Below, piece after piece: positions 8,896 through 19,021 of a DNA stretch of 48,089 bases. The notes beneath the pieces were generated by a model. It was not told the origin of the DNA. It searched no databases and saw nothing but the letters and a program-made list of their open reading frames with translations. The position numbers were made by a program, and so were the translations under genes. This stretch comes from Promethearchaeota archaeon. GTDB lineage: Archaea; Asgardarchaeota; Lokiarchaeia; Sigyniarchaeales; SOKP01. The stretch spans positions 1 through 48,089 of the forward strand of contig JAEOTA010000074.1 of the NCBI GenBank assembly GCA_016840085.1. The letters run 5' to 3'. Position 1 is the stretch's first letter; every line of letters starts with the position of its first letter.

Positions 8896-11622
8896 ATGTT
8901 CAATCTGGAAGAATTTGATGATACTCTTATTCTTGAGAAAGTTGATAAACTAAACAAATTATTTAATAAAGATAAATTTTCAAAAATTTCAAAAATAGTT
9001 GATGAATTAGAGGAATTGTTGGATCAACAAAAGTATGTAGTGCCTATAACCTATATTTTAAGTATAATAGCAGAAAATAACGTTAGTTTATTTTCTGAAG
9101 ATTTAATCCAAAAAATTGATACTTATATAGATTCTGACAATGAAAAATTAAAGGTTAATTCCATTATTACTATAGGCTTTACTATGATGGCAGATCCAAG
9201 GTCTTGTAACAAATATTTTTATAAGTTTACAAGATTACTATTAGATAGCTCTATAGATATAAGAAATAATGTTCATTATTTTTTACAGCCACTAGTGAAT
9301 AAGAATCCAAATTTAGCAAATTCAGTTAAAAATAATTTAATTGAAGGTCTCTTTTTGGAAAAATCTAAAGATAATATAATATCACTATTGAGTGTTCTTG
9401 AAAAATGTACAAAATTAGACTTTGATCAATTATATCGTTTTAGAATTGTTTCAAAGTCTCTAATATCATCATTTAAAGATGATAAAGCATCAGACGTCTT
9501 TGGAAAACTATTACTACTTATAAAAAAATTTTTTCCTCTTTTACGTGATTTAGAATTGGAAAAATTAAGTATTGAAGAGCTAGATAATTTAGTGGAAAAT
9601 CAAGTGTTAATGAAAAAGCATAATTTTTCAGAAATTACTAGGGTTTCTGGGGTAAAATTAAAAGATTATCTTAATAAATTTAAAAATTCCCCCTTGAAAG
9701 ACAAAAAGATCTATTTCTACGCTAAAACAATAGAAAATAATATATATATTTATGAACTTGAAAAAGAGAAAATCATAAATTTTTTCGATGAGAAAATGAA
9801 GGTTTCTCATGAGAAAATTATTGAGAGATTTTCTCAAATAATCGAAGATGAATCAGAATTAGCAATTTTCATTAAAACTTTAATTAAATTGAAGATTATT
9901 AAAGGACATTATTCCAATATTGGTTATTTTTATCCGTATGAACATGTTAAAACAAATCTATTAAATGATTTGAATATCAACGGTATTATAAATTTAAAGA
10001 AATACAATTTCCTTCCTCCTGAGTTTTTAAAAAAAATTATTCAAGAAATCATTACGTCGACTAAAGAGAAATTATTGCTTGGTAAAACAGAAAATTCTTA
10101 TTATTCATTAAAAAAGATTCAAGAACATATAAATAATAATGCCGCGAAAAAGGTTACTATTGATTTAAGGTCATATAGAGAGAGATTAATGGATGAAGAT
10201 TTCATAAAATTAATTAAAAATTTACCAAAGGAGTATTTATCTGATTTTCGTAAGGGAACTCAATGGTTAACAAATCTAGGTACTTTAAGAATAACAGAAG
10301 AAGTTCAAAATTCCAAAATCGTTGGATATTTTGATATTTTTAAGATTTCTAAGAAATTAAATATTAGCCAAATTTTACTATTTGATGTATTTGAAAGTTT
10401 TGTTGATCAAAGAAGCGGTGTTTGGGATATCGAGAAAGAAATTTTTTATTACTCAAAATATTTAAAAGAGAGAATTAAAAATATTGGTTCAATTTCAGAA
10501 AAGTCAGAAAAAATGAATAAAATAGAGGAAATAGCCAAAGAACTTAATATTGATAAAAAACATATTATAACCAAAATTGATGAGAATTTACAATTAATCG
10601 GTGAAGAAATAAAGCATAAGAAGCAAATAAAAATCGATGATTATCTTGAAAAAACAGGAATGGAACTCGACTCGTTCTTGCAATTTATCAATGATTTAGG
10701 AATTATGTATTTTAAAAAAGCAGATCTACTTATATTTAAACCACACAAAATAGAAGAAGCTAAGAATGAAATTAAATACATGTTAATTGATAAATCAAAA
10801 TCAAATGATTATATAGCATTAGGAAATTATGATATTACATCAAGTTTAATAGAAGAACTTATTAATGATTTACTTAAGGATGGAAAGTTAAAAGGAATTT
10901 TTCATGTAGATGAAAGGGAAGTTCTTTTTTACACTGAACGGGGAATTCGCAACTTGATGTTGGAAAATAGTTTTCTTTTTTCTTTTAACGATTTATTTTA
11001 TGGGAAGGAATTAAATCAAAAAGAAATTGACTTATTAAGAGAAATTTTTGATGATTTAGTTAAAAAAAGAAAGCTAAGAGGTAATTTTGATGAAGAGACA
11101 TTAACCTTTTCTAGTGATGAGGTGTTATTTGCTAAAGATTATAATATAGTTTTATTTGAATTTGAAAAAATGGTTAGTAATTATATTAATAAGCTTGAAA
11201 CTGAATTTCAAAAAATAAGGAACATATTAACTAAAAGAGGAGAAACTATATTTCCACAAGAGATAAAAATAATTCAAGAAACTATTGATAAAGTAAATGA
11301 AAAATGTGTAATTTGGGGAAGCGGCTTAGAGGCATTTATTAGAAGAACTAATAAGAAGTTATTACGAGATCAAGGTATTAGTATAAAAAAATATAAGAAT
11401 CTCTTTTCAAAAGAAAAAAAAGACGAGATAATATCACTTGAGGAAAATCCTGAAGTAAATGAACTTCTGAATAACTTCCAAAGATGGGTAAAATTGTTTA
11501 ATAAACTTGAATTAAAATATCCTAATGTAATTTTTTATCAGAAAAGACTAATTAAAAATCCAGATGATGTTGATTCTACTAATAAACTAAAGGAATTATT
11601 AGATGAATTATTTTTAGTTTAA
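8896..11622 (+). CDS. Large protein with N-terminal HEAT/ARM-like repeats, multiple winged-helix (PCI/UFL1-like) repeats and a C-terminal helical region
   Basis: Helical repeat patterns (LLLDSSIDIRNNV). Repeated helix-helix-G-wing units: LIKLKIIKGHY, ISKKLNIS...SGVWD, LLKDGKLKGIF, LVKKRKLRGNFDEETLTF. Confidence 0.55.
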   Translation: MFNLEEFDDTLILEKVDKLNKLFNKDKFSKISKIVDELEELLDQQKYVVPITYILSIIAENNVSLFSEDLIQKIDTYIDSDNEKLKVNSIITIGFTMMADPRSCNKYFYKFTRLLLDSSIDIRNNVHYFLQPLVNKNPNLANSVKNNLIEGLFLEKSKDNIISLLSVLEKCTKLDFDQLYRFRIVSKSLISSFKDDKASDVFGKLLLLIKKFFPLLRDLELEKLSIEELDNLVENQVLMKKHNFSEITRVSGVKLKDYLNKFKNSPLKDKKIYFYAKTIENNIYIYELEKEKIINFFDEKMKVSHEKIIERFSQIIEDESELAIFIKTLIKLKIIKGHYSNIGYFYPYEHVKTNLLNDLNINGIINLKKYNFLPPEFLKKIIQEIITSTKEKLLLGKTENSYYSLKKIQEHINNNAAKKVTIDLRSYRERLMDEDFIKLIKNLPKEYLSDFRKGTQWLTNLGTLRITEEVQNSKIVGYFDIFKISKKLNISQILLFDVFESFVDQRSGVWDIEKEIFYYSKYLKERIKNIGSISEKSEKMNKIEEIAKELNIDKKHIITKIDENLQLIGEEIKHKKQIKIDDYLEKTGMELDSFLQFINDLGIMYFKKADLLIFKPHKIEEAKNEIKYMLIDKSKSNDYIALGNYDITSSLIEELINDLLKDGKLKGIFHVDEREVLFYTERGIRNLMLENSFLFSFNDLFYGKELNQKEIDLLREIFDDLVKKRKLRGNFDEETLTFSSDEVLFAKDYNIVLFEFEKMVSNYINKLETEFQKIRNILTKRGETIFPQEIKIIQETIDKVNEKCVIWGSGLEAFIRRTNKKLLRDQGISIKKYKNLFSKEKKDEIISLEENPEVNELLNNFQRWVKLFNKLELKYPNVIFYQKRLIKNPDDVDSTNKLKELLDELFLV

Positions 11623-11624
11623 AA

Positions 11625-11912
11625 TCACGTCTTATTGGTTTTATCGAGTTGAGAAAAAAAATCTTTAATATCAATTTTTTGATTTGTTGTGATCTTATAA
11701 GTTTTGGGATTTACTATTCCATTTATGGTTAAAATTCCTTCCTCTTCAAGAAACTTGAGAGATCGCCAGATAAAATTTATCTTAGAACGGTTTGATGATT
11801 TAATGTTATTGCATCTTCTAATTCTTTTTGTATTTACAATATTAACATTATTATCTATTAGCTTATTGAGCGCCTCGAGTGTGTCTTTCAAATTTTTCTT
11901 GAAAAAATCCAT
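11625..11912 (-). CDS. Small winged-helix domain protein
   Basis: INFIWRSLKFLEEEGILTING...PKTYKI is a recognition helix plus wing pattern. Confidence 0.6.
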   Translation of the reverse strand: MDFFKKNLKDTLEALNKLIDNNVNIVNTKRIRRCNNIKSSNRSKINFIWRSLKFLEEEGILTINGIVNPKTYKITTNQKIDIKDFFSQLDKTNKT

Positions 11913-12115
11913 TTTTAAACGAGATCCCTCTTAAAAGAAATTAATTAGCTATACTCTCCTCACTTAAATTATTATCTTTAAAAGTAAGATTGATTTTTTG
12001 AGCATTATAAAAGTATGCTTAGAACTTTATAAAGTTTTTTTATTCTAACCTCCAATTGTTTGAAAGAACTAAATGATTAAGAAGTATGAGATTAAACCTA
12101 AATTGGTTAACATTA

Positions 12116-13726
12116 TTAATGCCTGAACACCCGTTTTCCACAAAAGACTAAAGCACACCCTAATTCATCAGCTCGTTTGATGATTAATTCATCTCTCATT
12201 GAACCACCTGGATTAATTATAGCTTTTGCTCCTACTTCAACGGCTGCTTCTAAACCGTCAGGAAATGGAAAAAAAGAATCTGTACCCATTAAAGAATTCT
12301 TCAATTCGTCCTTGTGACCAAATTCTATTGCCTTTTGAGCAGCTAATTTAACTACATGTACTCTACTCTGTTGTCCTGCACCAATTCCAATTGTATAAAT
12401 TCCATCATTATAAACCTGGGCAAAACATGCAGAATTTGACTTAGCCCATTTTGAAACTTTATATGCAAAAATTAACGCTTCCTTTTCAGTTTCATTTACT
12501 TTCCTTTTACTCACTACATTCCATTCTTTAATAATAGGTTTAGTGTCATACTCTTGAATTAAAATCCCTCCTAAAGTAGAACGAATCTCTAAGTTTTTAT
12601 AGATCTCGTCTTTCTTATCGAGGAAATCACTTAATTCTAATATCCTCATATTTTGCTTTTGTTTCAAAATTTCGAGAGCTTCGGGTTCAAACGAGGGAGC
12701 TAATAATACGTCCACAAATATCTTTTCTTTATTTATGATAAAATCAGCAATGTCTGTAGTTAGTTCTTTATTTACACCCCAAATTCCTCCAAATGAAGAA
12801 AGTGGATCGCAACTAAATGCCATTTGGACTGATTTTAATAGATCCTTTTTATCAATAGCAATTCCATTTGGAGAAGTATGTTTTAAAATCGCTGTAACAT
12901 AATATGCAGATCCAAAATCCAATAACATTTGTATACATGAATCAATATCTAAATAATTATTAAAAGAGATTTGCTTACCTCCTAATTGCTTTAGATTATG
13001 TAATCCATATTTTGAGGAAACATCTCGATAGTAGGCAGCAGCTTGATCCCAATTTTCTCCATATCGACAATCTTGAACTTTTTCATACACTTTAAGTAAA
13101 GTATCAGGAAAAATAGATTCAGGGTTATAATATTTTTGCAGATAATTGGCGATAGCGGCATTATAATCTGCCATTATAGTAAATACATCGTGAGCTAAAA
13201 TCAATCGTGTCCTTTCTGTAATTGCTCCTTTATTTTTTCTTAACTCATCAATAATTTTATCGTAATATTCAGGGCTTGGGACAACAATTACGTCTGGATA
13301 GTTTTTCGCAGCAGCTCGAATCATTGTAGGACCTCCAATATCAATTAGCTCAAGAGCCTCTTTAATGTCTAAACCAGGTTTCTCAATTGCTTCTTTAAAT
13401 TGATATAAATTACATACAACCATATCTATGGGTGCTATATCATAAATTTCTGCATCTTGCACATCTTTTTTAAAATCTCTCCGGTAAAGTATTCCTCCTT
13501 CGATTTTAGGGTGTAAAGTTTTTATTCTCCCATCAAACATTTCAGGGGAGTTTGTATAATCTGAAATTTTTGTGAATTTGATCTTATTTTGATTTAATAA
13601 CATCCCAGTTCCGCCAGTTGATAATATCTCGATCCCAAATTCCTCAATTAAAGTTTTTACAAACTCAACAACACCACTTTTATCAAACACACTAACTATA
13701 GCTCTTTCGATTTTTTTCATAAACAA
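12116..13726 (-). CDS. purH: Bifunctional AICAR transformylase / IMP cyclohydrolase
   Basis: SVFDK, STGGT, GRIKTLHP, IDIGGPTMIRAAAKN, RYGEN..Q, SFNNYLD, GAGQQSR, DSFFPFPDG, PGGSMRD, C-terminal R.FRH. Confidence 0.97.
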   Translation of the reverse strand: MFMKKIERAIVSVFDKSGVVEFVKTLIEEFGIEILSTGGTGMLLNQNKIKFTKISDYTNSPEMFDGRIKTLHPKIEGGILYRRDFKKDVQDAEIYDIAPIDMVVCNLYQFKEAIEKPGLDIKEALELIDIGGPTMIRAAAKNYPDVIVVPSPEYYDKIIDELRKNKGAITERTRLILAHDVFTIMADYNAAIANYLQKYYNPESIFPDTLLKVYEKVQDCRYGENWDQAAAYYRDVSSKYGLHNLKQLGGKQISFNNYLDIDSCIQMLLDFGSAYYVTAILKHTSPNGIAIDKKDLLKSVQMAFSCDPLSSFGGIWGVNKELTTDIADFIINKEKIFVDVLLAPSFEPEALEILKQKQNMRILELSDFLDKKDEIYKNLEIRSTLGGILIQEYDTKPIIKEWNVVSKRKVNETEKEALIFAYKVSKWAKSNSACFAQVYNDGIYTIGIGAGQQSRVHVVKLAAQKAIEFGHKDELKNSLMGTDSFFPFPDGLEAAVEVGAKAIINPGGSMRDELIIKRADELGCALVFCGKRVFRH

Positions 13727-13846
13727 TCATTTTGATCAGTCTTAAGTGATTAATAATAATGATCTTAAGAAACTAAAGTTTATTGTAGTTAAAAATTATC
13801 TAATAGATATTTAATAAATGGGAATTTTCTGAGGTAATAGAAAAGT

Positions 13847-15313
13847 CTAAAATTTTCCAATAAGATCATGAGGGGCAGTCTCGCGTTGACCTACAATAGA
13901 GACGATACCAAGTTGTACTTTCTTCATATCATTAATAGATTCAGCGCCGGCATAAATCATTCCATTTGCTAAGCCTTCTTTTAAAGTTGCTAAAACTCCC
14001 AAAACGTCTCCTACATAAGGTACATAATTGGATACACCTTCTGTTAACATTTTTGACCCCTCAACATATCTATCCGAGATATATCCTGAAGTCCTTGCTT
14101 CTTTTGACCCCATACCCCTATAAACTTTTACTTTCCTCCCTGCAATGGTGTCTATAAATCCAGGAGATTCCTCAGTCCCTGCAAAGAAATGTCCAGACAT
14201 AATTAAATCTGCTCCTGCAGCAAATGCTTTTGGTAAATCACCTGGATTTTTAAAGCCACCATCTGCAATCAGTGATAGTTTCGGATTATAATCTTGTATA
14301 GCATCAGCTACTTGAGCTGTTGCAAAAAGAGTTGGAGCACCTACTCCAGTTTGTTGCGAAGTTGTACAAATTGACCCTGAACCCATTCCTACTTTTAATC
14401 CAATAAATCTCTCTTCAACAAAATCAGCTTTAGTGATTAAATATTCTGCTGCTTGATAAGTGCCTATATTACCTAGCACAAAATCAGATTCTAAAAATTT
14501 CATTAATTTTTCTGTACCCTCAATATCATCTTTCTTGTAGAAATCAGCTACATCAATAAAGAAAATATCCACATATTTATCTATCTCTTTCAATATCTCC
14601 TTGGCTTGGGAAGTTTCTGGAAATCTAGGAGATAAAGCCATTCCACACAGCAAGTGTCCTTCTTCATCTTTAGAAGCTAAAGGAAATTCTGGGGCTAAAT
14701 CCTTTTTTGTAATTAACCCTTCTAAAAAACCATCTTCATCTATAATGGGTAATTTTTCTTTACGGGAATCATATAGAATTTTCAGTGCTTCTTCTCGCGA
14801 TGCACCTGGTTTAATAGAAATCACATCTTTAGTCATGTAGTCTTTAATAGTTCCATTTTTTATATCTTGTTCAAAGAAAGGAATATCTCTTTTGGTAAAT
14901 ATTCCACACACCTTCTTTTCATCGTTTGTAACTACAATACCACTTATGTTATAATTTTCCATCATAAATTTAGCTTTTGCTACCTTCGCATTTGGCTTAA
15001 TAGTTGCTACGTCATCAATAACAAAGGACCTAGCTCTCTTGACGATCCTACACATTTCCAATTGTCTTTCATAAGAACAATTACGGTGTAGAACACCAAG
15101 ACCTCCATGTAATGCCATGTTAATTGCCATTAACTCCTCAGTGACAGTATCCATCGCAGATGACATTATAGGTAGATTGAAATGATATTTTCCTAACTTC
15201 GAGGATAAATCTACCTCGCTAGGACTAAAATTCGTGAATCCAGGTAGGATTAATACGTCATCAAATGTAGCAATGAGTTCTTTTGAGTGTATTTTTTCAC
15301 GGAAATTTGACAT
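13847..15313 (-). CDS. guaB: Inosine-5'-monophosphate dehydrogenase (with CBS pair)
   Basis: [39 protein letters not shown] (catalytic Cys), IADGG, YRGMGS, EGVS. Co-oriented with purH. Confidence 0.95.
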   Translation of the reverse strand: MSNFREKIHSKELIATFDDVLILPGFTNFSPSEVDLSSKLGKYHFNLPIMSSAMDTVTEELMAINMALHGGLGVLHRNCSYERQLEMCRIVKRARSFVIDDVATIKPNAKVAKAKFMMENYNISGIVVTNDEKKVCGIFTKRDIPFFEQDIKNGTIKDYMTKDVISIKPGASREEALKILYDSRKEKLPIIDEDGFLEGLITKKDLAPEFPLASKDEEGHLLCGMALSPRFPETSQAKEILKEIDKYVDIFFIDVADFYKKDDIEGTEKLMKFLESDFVLGNIGTYQAAEYLITKADFVEERFIGLKVGMGSGSICTTSQQTGVGAPTLFATAQVADAIQDYNPKLSLIADGGFKNPGDLPKAFAAGADLIMSGHFFAGTEESPGFIDTIAGRKVKVYRGMGSKEARTSGYISDRYVEGSKMLTEGVSNYVPYVGDVLGVLATLKEGLANGMIYAGAESINDMKKVQLGIVSIVGQRETAPHDLIGKF

Positions 15314-15423
15314 TTGTTAACCTCGATAAAGTTCTAATATAATCTTGAATTGATTAGATCTTTAAATTTTTAATAATAAAGATAAAAAGACTTATAAATC
15401 TTTTTATGGCTTAGAATGATAGG

Positions 15424-15630
15424 CTAATTCTTGGAAAAAAAAAGATTGTGCATACTCATAACGGGCTTAATATAGCCCTTTTTAATAGCCTTCAAATAAA
15501 TCCCAAAGAACCCAGGTTCTGTAAAGACATCTTCCACACAGAAGATACATAACCCCTCAGGGCAGAATTCATCTGGATATTCCCGATCTTCCTTGCATAC
15601 GGGACACTTTTTATATTTCACATCTCCCAT
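15424..15630 (-). CDS. Small zinc-finger protein (start revised to ATG 15630)
   Basis: MGDVKYKKCPVC...FCPEGLCIFC. The upstream extension in the ORF track looks like promoter DNA. Confidence 0.6.
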   Translation of the reverse strand: MGDVKYKKCPVCKEDREYPDEFCPEGLCIFCVEDVFTEPGFFGIYLKAIKKGYIKPVMSMHNLFFSKN

Positions 15631-15972
15631 GTCAAAAATTAGATTATATTTTGTATTTTTATCGGGTATAAAAATTTTTTTTTTTGATCTAACATCAATA
15701 TAAATAAAAAAAATTAAATAATTAAAGTTTAATAGGGAAGAAACCATCCAAGTAAACTTCGAATTTCACAATACTTCTCCATGGCAAAAGGAATTGCTCA
15801 AATTCATACCTAACTTTTATTTTTTTCTATTTCTCTTTGTATTTTGTTATCTTTCACTATGATGAATTTTAATTATATATAAAACTAAACTTATAAAATT
15901 TTGTCATGAAACTAATATTCTAAAAATAAATTAGCTCTGATTAAAGTTAAATAAAAAATAAAAAAATTAATT

Positions 15973-16788
15973 TTAAACAGGAATATCCCGTTTATTAAAA
16001 ATAATAATTGATACTAAAGTAATAATTAAGATATAAATCGAAAGAAACAAGATTTTTAATGGAACATCTCCCCAATTACCATTTACAAGTAGATTTGACA
16101 TATCTGCATAAAAGAAAATACTAATATATTTAATGTTTTGTATATTCTCGTCAAAGGAATTCCAAAATTGACCTATAGCGTAAAAAAACACTACAAGACC
16201 AAAGCTAAAAACAAGCGCCATCTTAGGGGTGTTAAAAGTTGAAAAGAAAAATGCTGTACTAATGATTGCATAATTAAATAATAAAATTATAAAAAATGCT
16301 GTCCACAATTCCGTAAAATTAACATCAATGGGATTTACATTCGGCATTATAAAAATTCCGAGTATTATAGATAAGAATACACTTCCAAGAACGATAGTCG
16401 CACCAATAATGTGATATAAGTATTTTCCTAAGGTTATATCCCTGCGAGTAATTGGTCGAGATAACATTAGATCAATAGTTTTATTTTCAATTTCTTTTGG
16501 GATATCTTGAGAAGATTTCAATATGAAATAAACCCCAAAGAAGAAAAATGACATTGAAAGTAGGTATACGTTCACAAAACCACCAAAAGTTGCGAGAGAG
16601 AAATATTCTCCAACCATATGTCTAATAGTTTCTGGATAGCCTTCCATAATCTCATTAAAATTTTCTAAAAATTCAGGATCGTATATTGACACAAACCAGA
16701 GATAAAATAGGCTCATTAAAGCAGTATAAATGAGTATGCCTTTCTTACTTGCTTTTAATTCCTTCCATACTATGTGTAATACTTTCAT
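15973..16788 (-). CDS. ABC-2 type exporter permease (cassette 1)
   Basis: 6 TM segments; EIENKTIDLMLSRPITR..I.LGK; C-terminal FNKRDIPV. ATGA overlap with the ATPase. Confidence 0.9.
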   Translation of the reverse strand: MKVLHIVWKELKASKKGILIYTALMSLFYLWFVSIYDPEFLENFNEIMEGYPETIRHMVGEYFSLATFGGFVNVYLLSMSFFFFGVYFILKSSQDIPKEIENKTIDLMLSRPITRRDITLGKYLYHIIGATIVLGSVFLSIILGIFIMPNVNPIDVNFTELWTAFFIILLFNYAIISTAFFFSTFNTPKMALVFSFGLVVFFYAIGQFWNSFDENIQNIKYISIFFYADMSNLLVNGNWGDVPLKILFLSIYILIITLVSIIIFNKRDIPV

Positions 16789-17741
16789 GCAATTTCACCC
16801 CCCTTTGAATTGACATCTTTATAATATTGCATAAAAATATCCTCTAATGTAGAATGTCTGATCGAGAAGTCTTTTACAGGAGTCCCAGCCCATTCTCTTT
16901 CACTGAGTTCACGTAAGATTTTTCTTGCTTCTTCAGGAGGAAGTAGAAATTCAAGTTGAATATCGAAATTATATTTCACAACGGCTTCAGGAAATTCATC
17001 TGATAAGAAAGAATGAAATGATTCCATACTAGTAGAGTTTTCAAAAATTAACTCGATATGTTTAAGATTTTTTGCTTTAAGATCTTGAATATTAGCAATT
17101 TCAGTAATTTTTCCTTTCTTTATAATTGCTACTCGATCACAGAATTTTTCCACTTCTGAAAGCACATGGCTACAAATAAAAACTGTGCATTTTGATTCTT
17201 TTTGACGCTCAGAAACAATCCTGTAGAATTCACTCTGATTCAAAGGATCAAGCCCAGAAGTTGGCTCATCCATTATTAAAATATCAAATTTCCCCATTAG
17301 GGCTGACAGCACTCCGACCTTCTGTTTATTCCCCTTGCTCAAAACTCCCATTTTTCGTTCCATATCTAACTTAAGACGTTCTGATACTTCAATGACGAAG
17401 TTCCAGTCTATTTCAATGTCATAAAGCTTCGCAAAATAGTTAATTAATTCATTTGCTGTCATATTTTTATAAATTCCTAATTCTCCTGGTAAATACCCAA
17501 TTCGATTCCGAATTTTTACATCTTTTTTTGGATTTATCTTTTCACCTAACAGAGTAATTTCTCCTGCATCTATGTTGAGAAATCCAAGTAAGCATCTGAT
17601 AGTTGTAGTTTTTCCCGCGCCATTAGGTCCAAGGAACCCAAAACGAGAGCCTTTGGGTACATCAAAAGAAATACCATCAACTGCTTTTACTTTACCTTTG
17701 TCATAATATTTTTTTAAGTTTTTAACTTCTATAGCATTCAT
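16785..17741 (-). CDS. ABC exporter ATP-binding protein (cassette 1)
   Basis: GPNGAGKTT, LSKGNKQK, ILIMDEPTSGLDP, SH.L.EVE. Confidence 0.95.
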   Translation of the reverse strand: MNAIEVKNLKKYYDKGKVKAVDGISFDVPKGSRFGFLGPNGAGKTTTIRCLLGFLNIDAGEITLLGEKINPKKDVKIRNRIGYLPGELGIYKNMTANELINYFAKLYDIEIDWNFVIEVSERLKLDMERKMGVLSKGNKQKVGVLSALMGKFDILIMDEPTSGLDPLNQSEFYRIVSERQKESKCTVFICSHVLSEVEKFCDRVAIIKKGKITEIANIQDLKAKNLKHIELIFENSTSMESFHSFLSDEFPEAVVKYNFDIQLEFLLPPEEARKILRELSEREWAGTPVKDFSIRHSTLEDIFMQYYKDVNSKGGEIA

Positions 17742-17755
17742 TTTCGATAATATTT

Positions 17756-17834
17756 TTCATATATTTTAAAATATATAAAGACACAATACTTAATAACAAG
17801 ACAACCTATATAAATGTTCTTCATATAATTTGAA
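17756..17834. promoter_or_regulatory. TTCA-N7-TGAA operator sites in divergent promoter 1
   Basis: TTCATATAATTTGAA (17820-17834) and degenerate TTCATATATTTTAAA (17756-17770), flanking a minus-strand TATA box. Confidence 0.65.
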
Positions 17835-17880
17835 ATCTACAAAAAATTTATTAAATTGAAAAGATATTTAATTTATAGGA

Positions 17881-18390
17881 ATGACTAAAATTGATGAAGA
17901 TTTTCAATTTGAAGGAACAATTCAAGAAATTGAAAAAGAACTTATAAAAATAATTGTGGATTTGGGAAGCAATAGTCCTTTATCTCCAAAATTAACTGAA
18001 ATTTTAGGCTATCTTTTACTTCACGGTGAATTAACTCAAGCACAATTAAAAAAATTAACAGGATTCTCCATAGGTACCATATCATCTCATCTAAATCAAA
18101 TGATTGGCCTAAATATCGTCCGTAAGCAATTGATCCCTAAAACGAGGACATATAAATACATTTTTCTTGGAGGTAAGGGGAGTATAGAAATGCAAGCGAG
18201 TTTCATGAAAGTAGAAACTGTTTCTGCTTCGATAAATTTCTTTGAACAAAAACATAATGAACTTATGAAATTGGAAAATGAGAAGGGGTATGAATTACTA
18301 CTTGAAAGAGTAGAATCAATGTTAAAATTTTTCCAATGGCATAAAAAAGTCATAGTAGAAAAATATACAAAACTAGGAGTTTTTAAATAA
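17881..18390 (+). CDS. GbsR/MarR-like winged-helix regulator, subunit A of a split pair
   Basis: ILGYLLLHGELTQAQLKKLTGFSIGTISSHL...RTYKY; aligns with the N-half of 20609 and 24101. Confidence 0.85.
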   Translation: MTKIDEDFQFEGTIQEIEKELIKIIVDLGSNSPLSPKLTEILGYLLLHGELTQAQLKKLTGFSIGTISSHLNQMIGLNIVRKQLIPKTRTYKYIFLGGKGSIEMQASFMKVETVSASINFFEQKHNELMKLENEKGYELLLERVESMLKFFQWHKKVIVEKYTKLGVFK

Positions 18391-18391
18391 T

Positions 18392-18889
18392 TTGGGAGAA
18401 AAAGAGAAATTTAGTCCAGCTTTATTGAAAATTGAGGAGGAAATCATTCAATTTTTATCAAACTCTCCACTTTTTTTCACTAAAGATCAATTTATCAACC
18501 AAATTAGGTCATACTTCATAACTCGAAAAAAGTTAACTCAAAAAAAGCTACAAAAAATTACTAAATTATCACCCGGTAAAATCTCCCAAGTCTTAAAAAC
18601 TTTAATAAAGTGGAGATTAATTGAGAAAACGGATGTTTCAAGCATGGGAGAATATACCTACAGTATGGAGTCGATAGATAAGGCTCTCATTAATTATTTT
18701 AATATTCTTACAGAAGAAATGGAGAAATTTGTAAGACCTTTGGAAGAATTAAAAAATAAATTAGATAATAGTGGCGATAAGATCAAAAATCTTAGAGGTT
18801 ATGATAAGATTAATTACTTATTGCCATTATTCTTGGATGCTATTAAGGTTAATATTGAAATTATGGAAGAATTTAAAATAAAACCTTGA
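18392..18889 (+). CDS. GbsR/MarR-like winged-helix regulator, subunit B of a split pair
   Basis: YFITRKKLTQKKLQKITKLSPGKISQ...LRGYDKI; aligns with the C-half of 20609 and 24101. Confidence 0.85.
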   Translation: MGEKEKFSPALLKIEEEIIQFLSNSPLFFTKDQFINQIRSYFITRKKLTQKKLQKITKLSPGKISQVLKTLIKWRLIEKTDVSSMGEYTYSMESIDKALINYFNILTEEMEKFVRPLEELKNKLDNSGDKIKNLRGYDKINYLLPLFLDAIKVNIEIMEEFKIKP

Positions 18890-19021
18890 AAATTAAGACA
18901 AACAAAAAATTCGCTAATAACTGAAAAAGAATTGAGGGAATTACAATAAAATATAGCTTGGAATAAGAGAATATCTATATGTTTTAAAAAAAAGAAATAA
19001 AAAAATTTGATTAATAAATAA

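Noticed and set aside
15723-15857. Possible 44-aa minus-strand gene broken at an A7 run (MKDNKIQREIEK/IKVRYEFEQFLLPWRSIVKFEVYLDGFFPIKL)
   Set aside because: Needs an assumed frameshift and has no recognisable motif.
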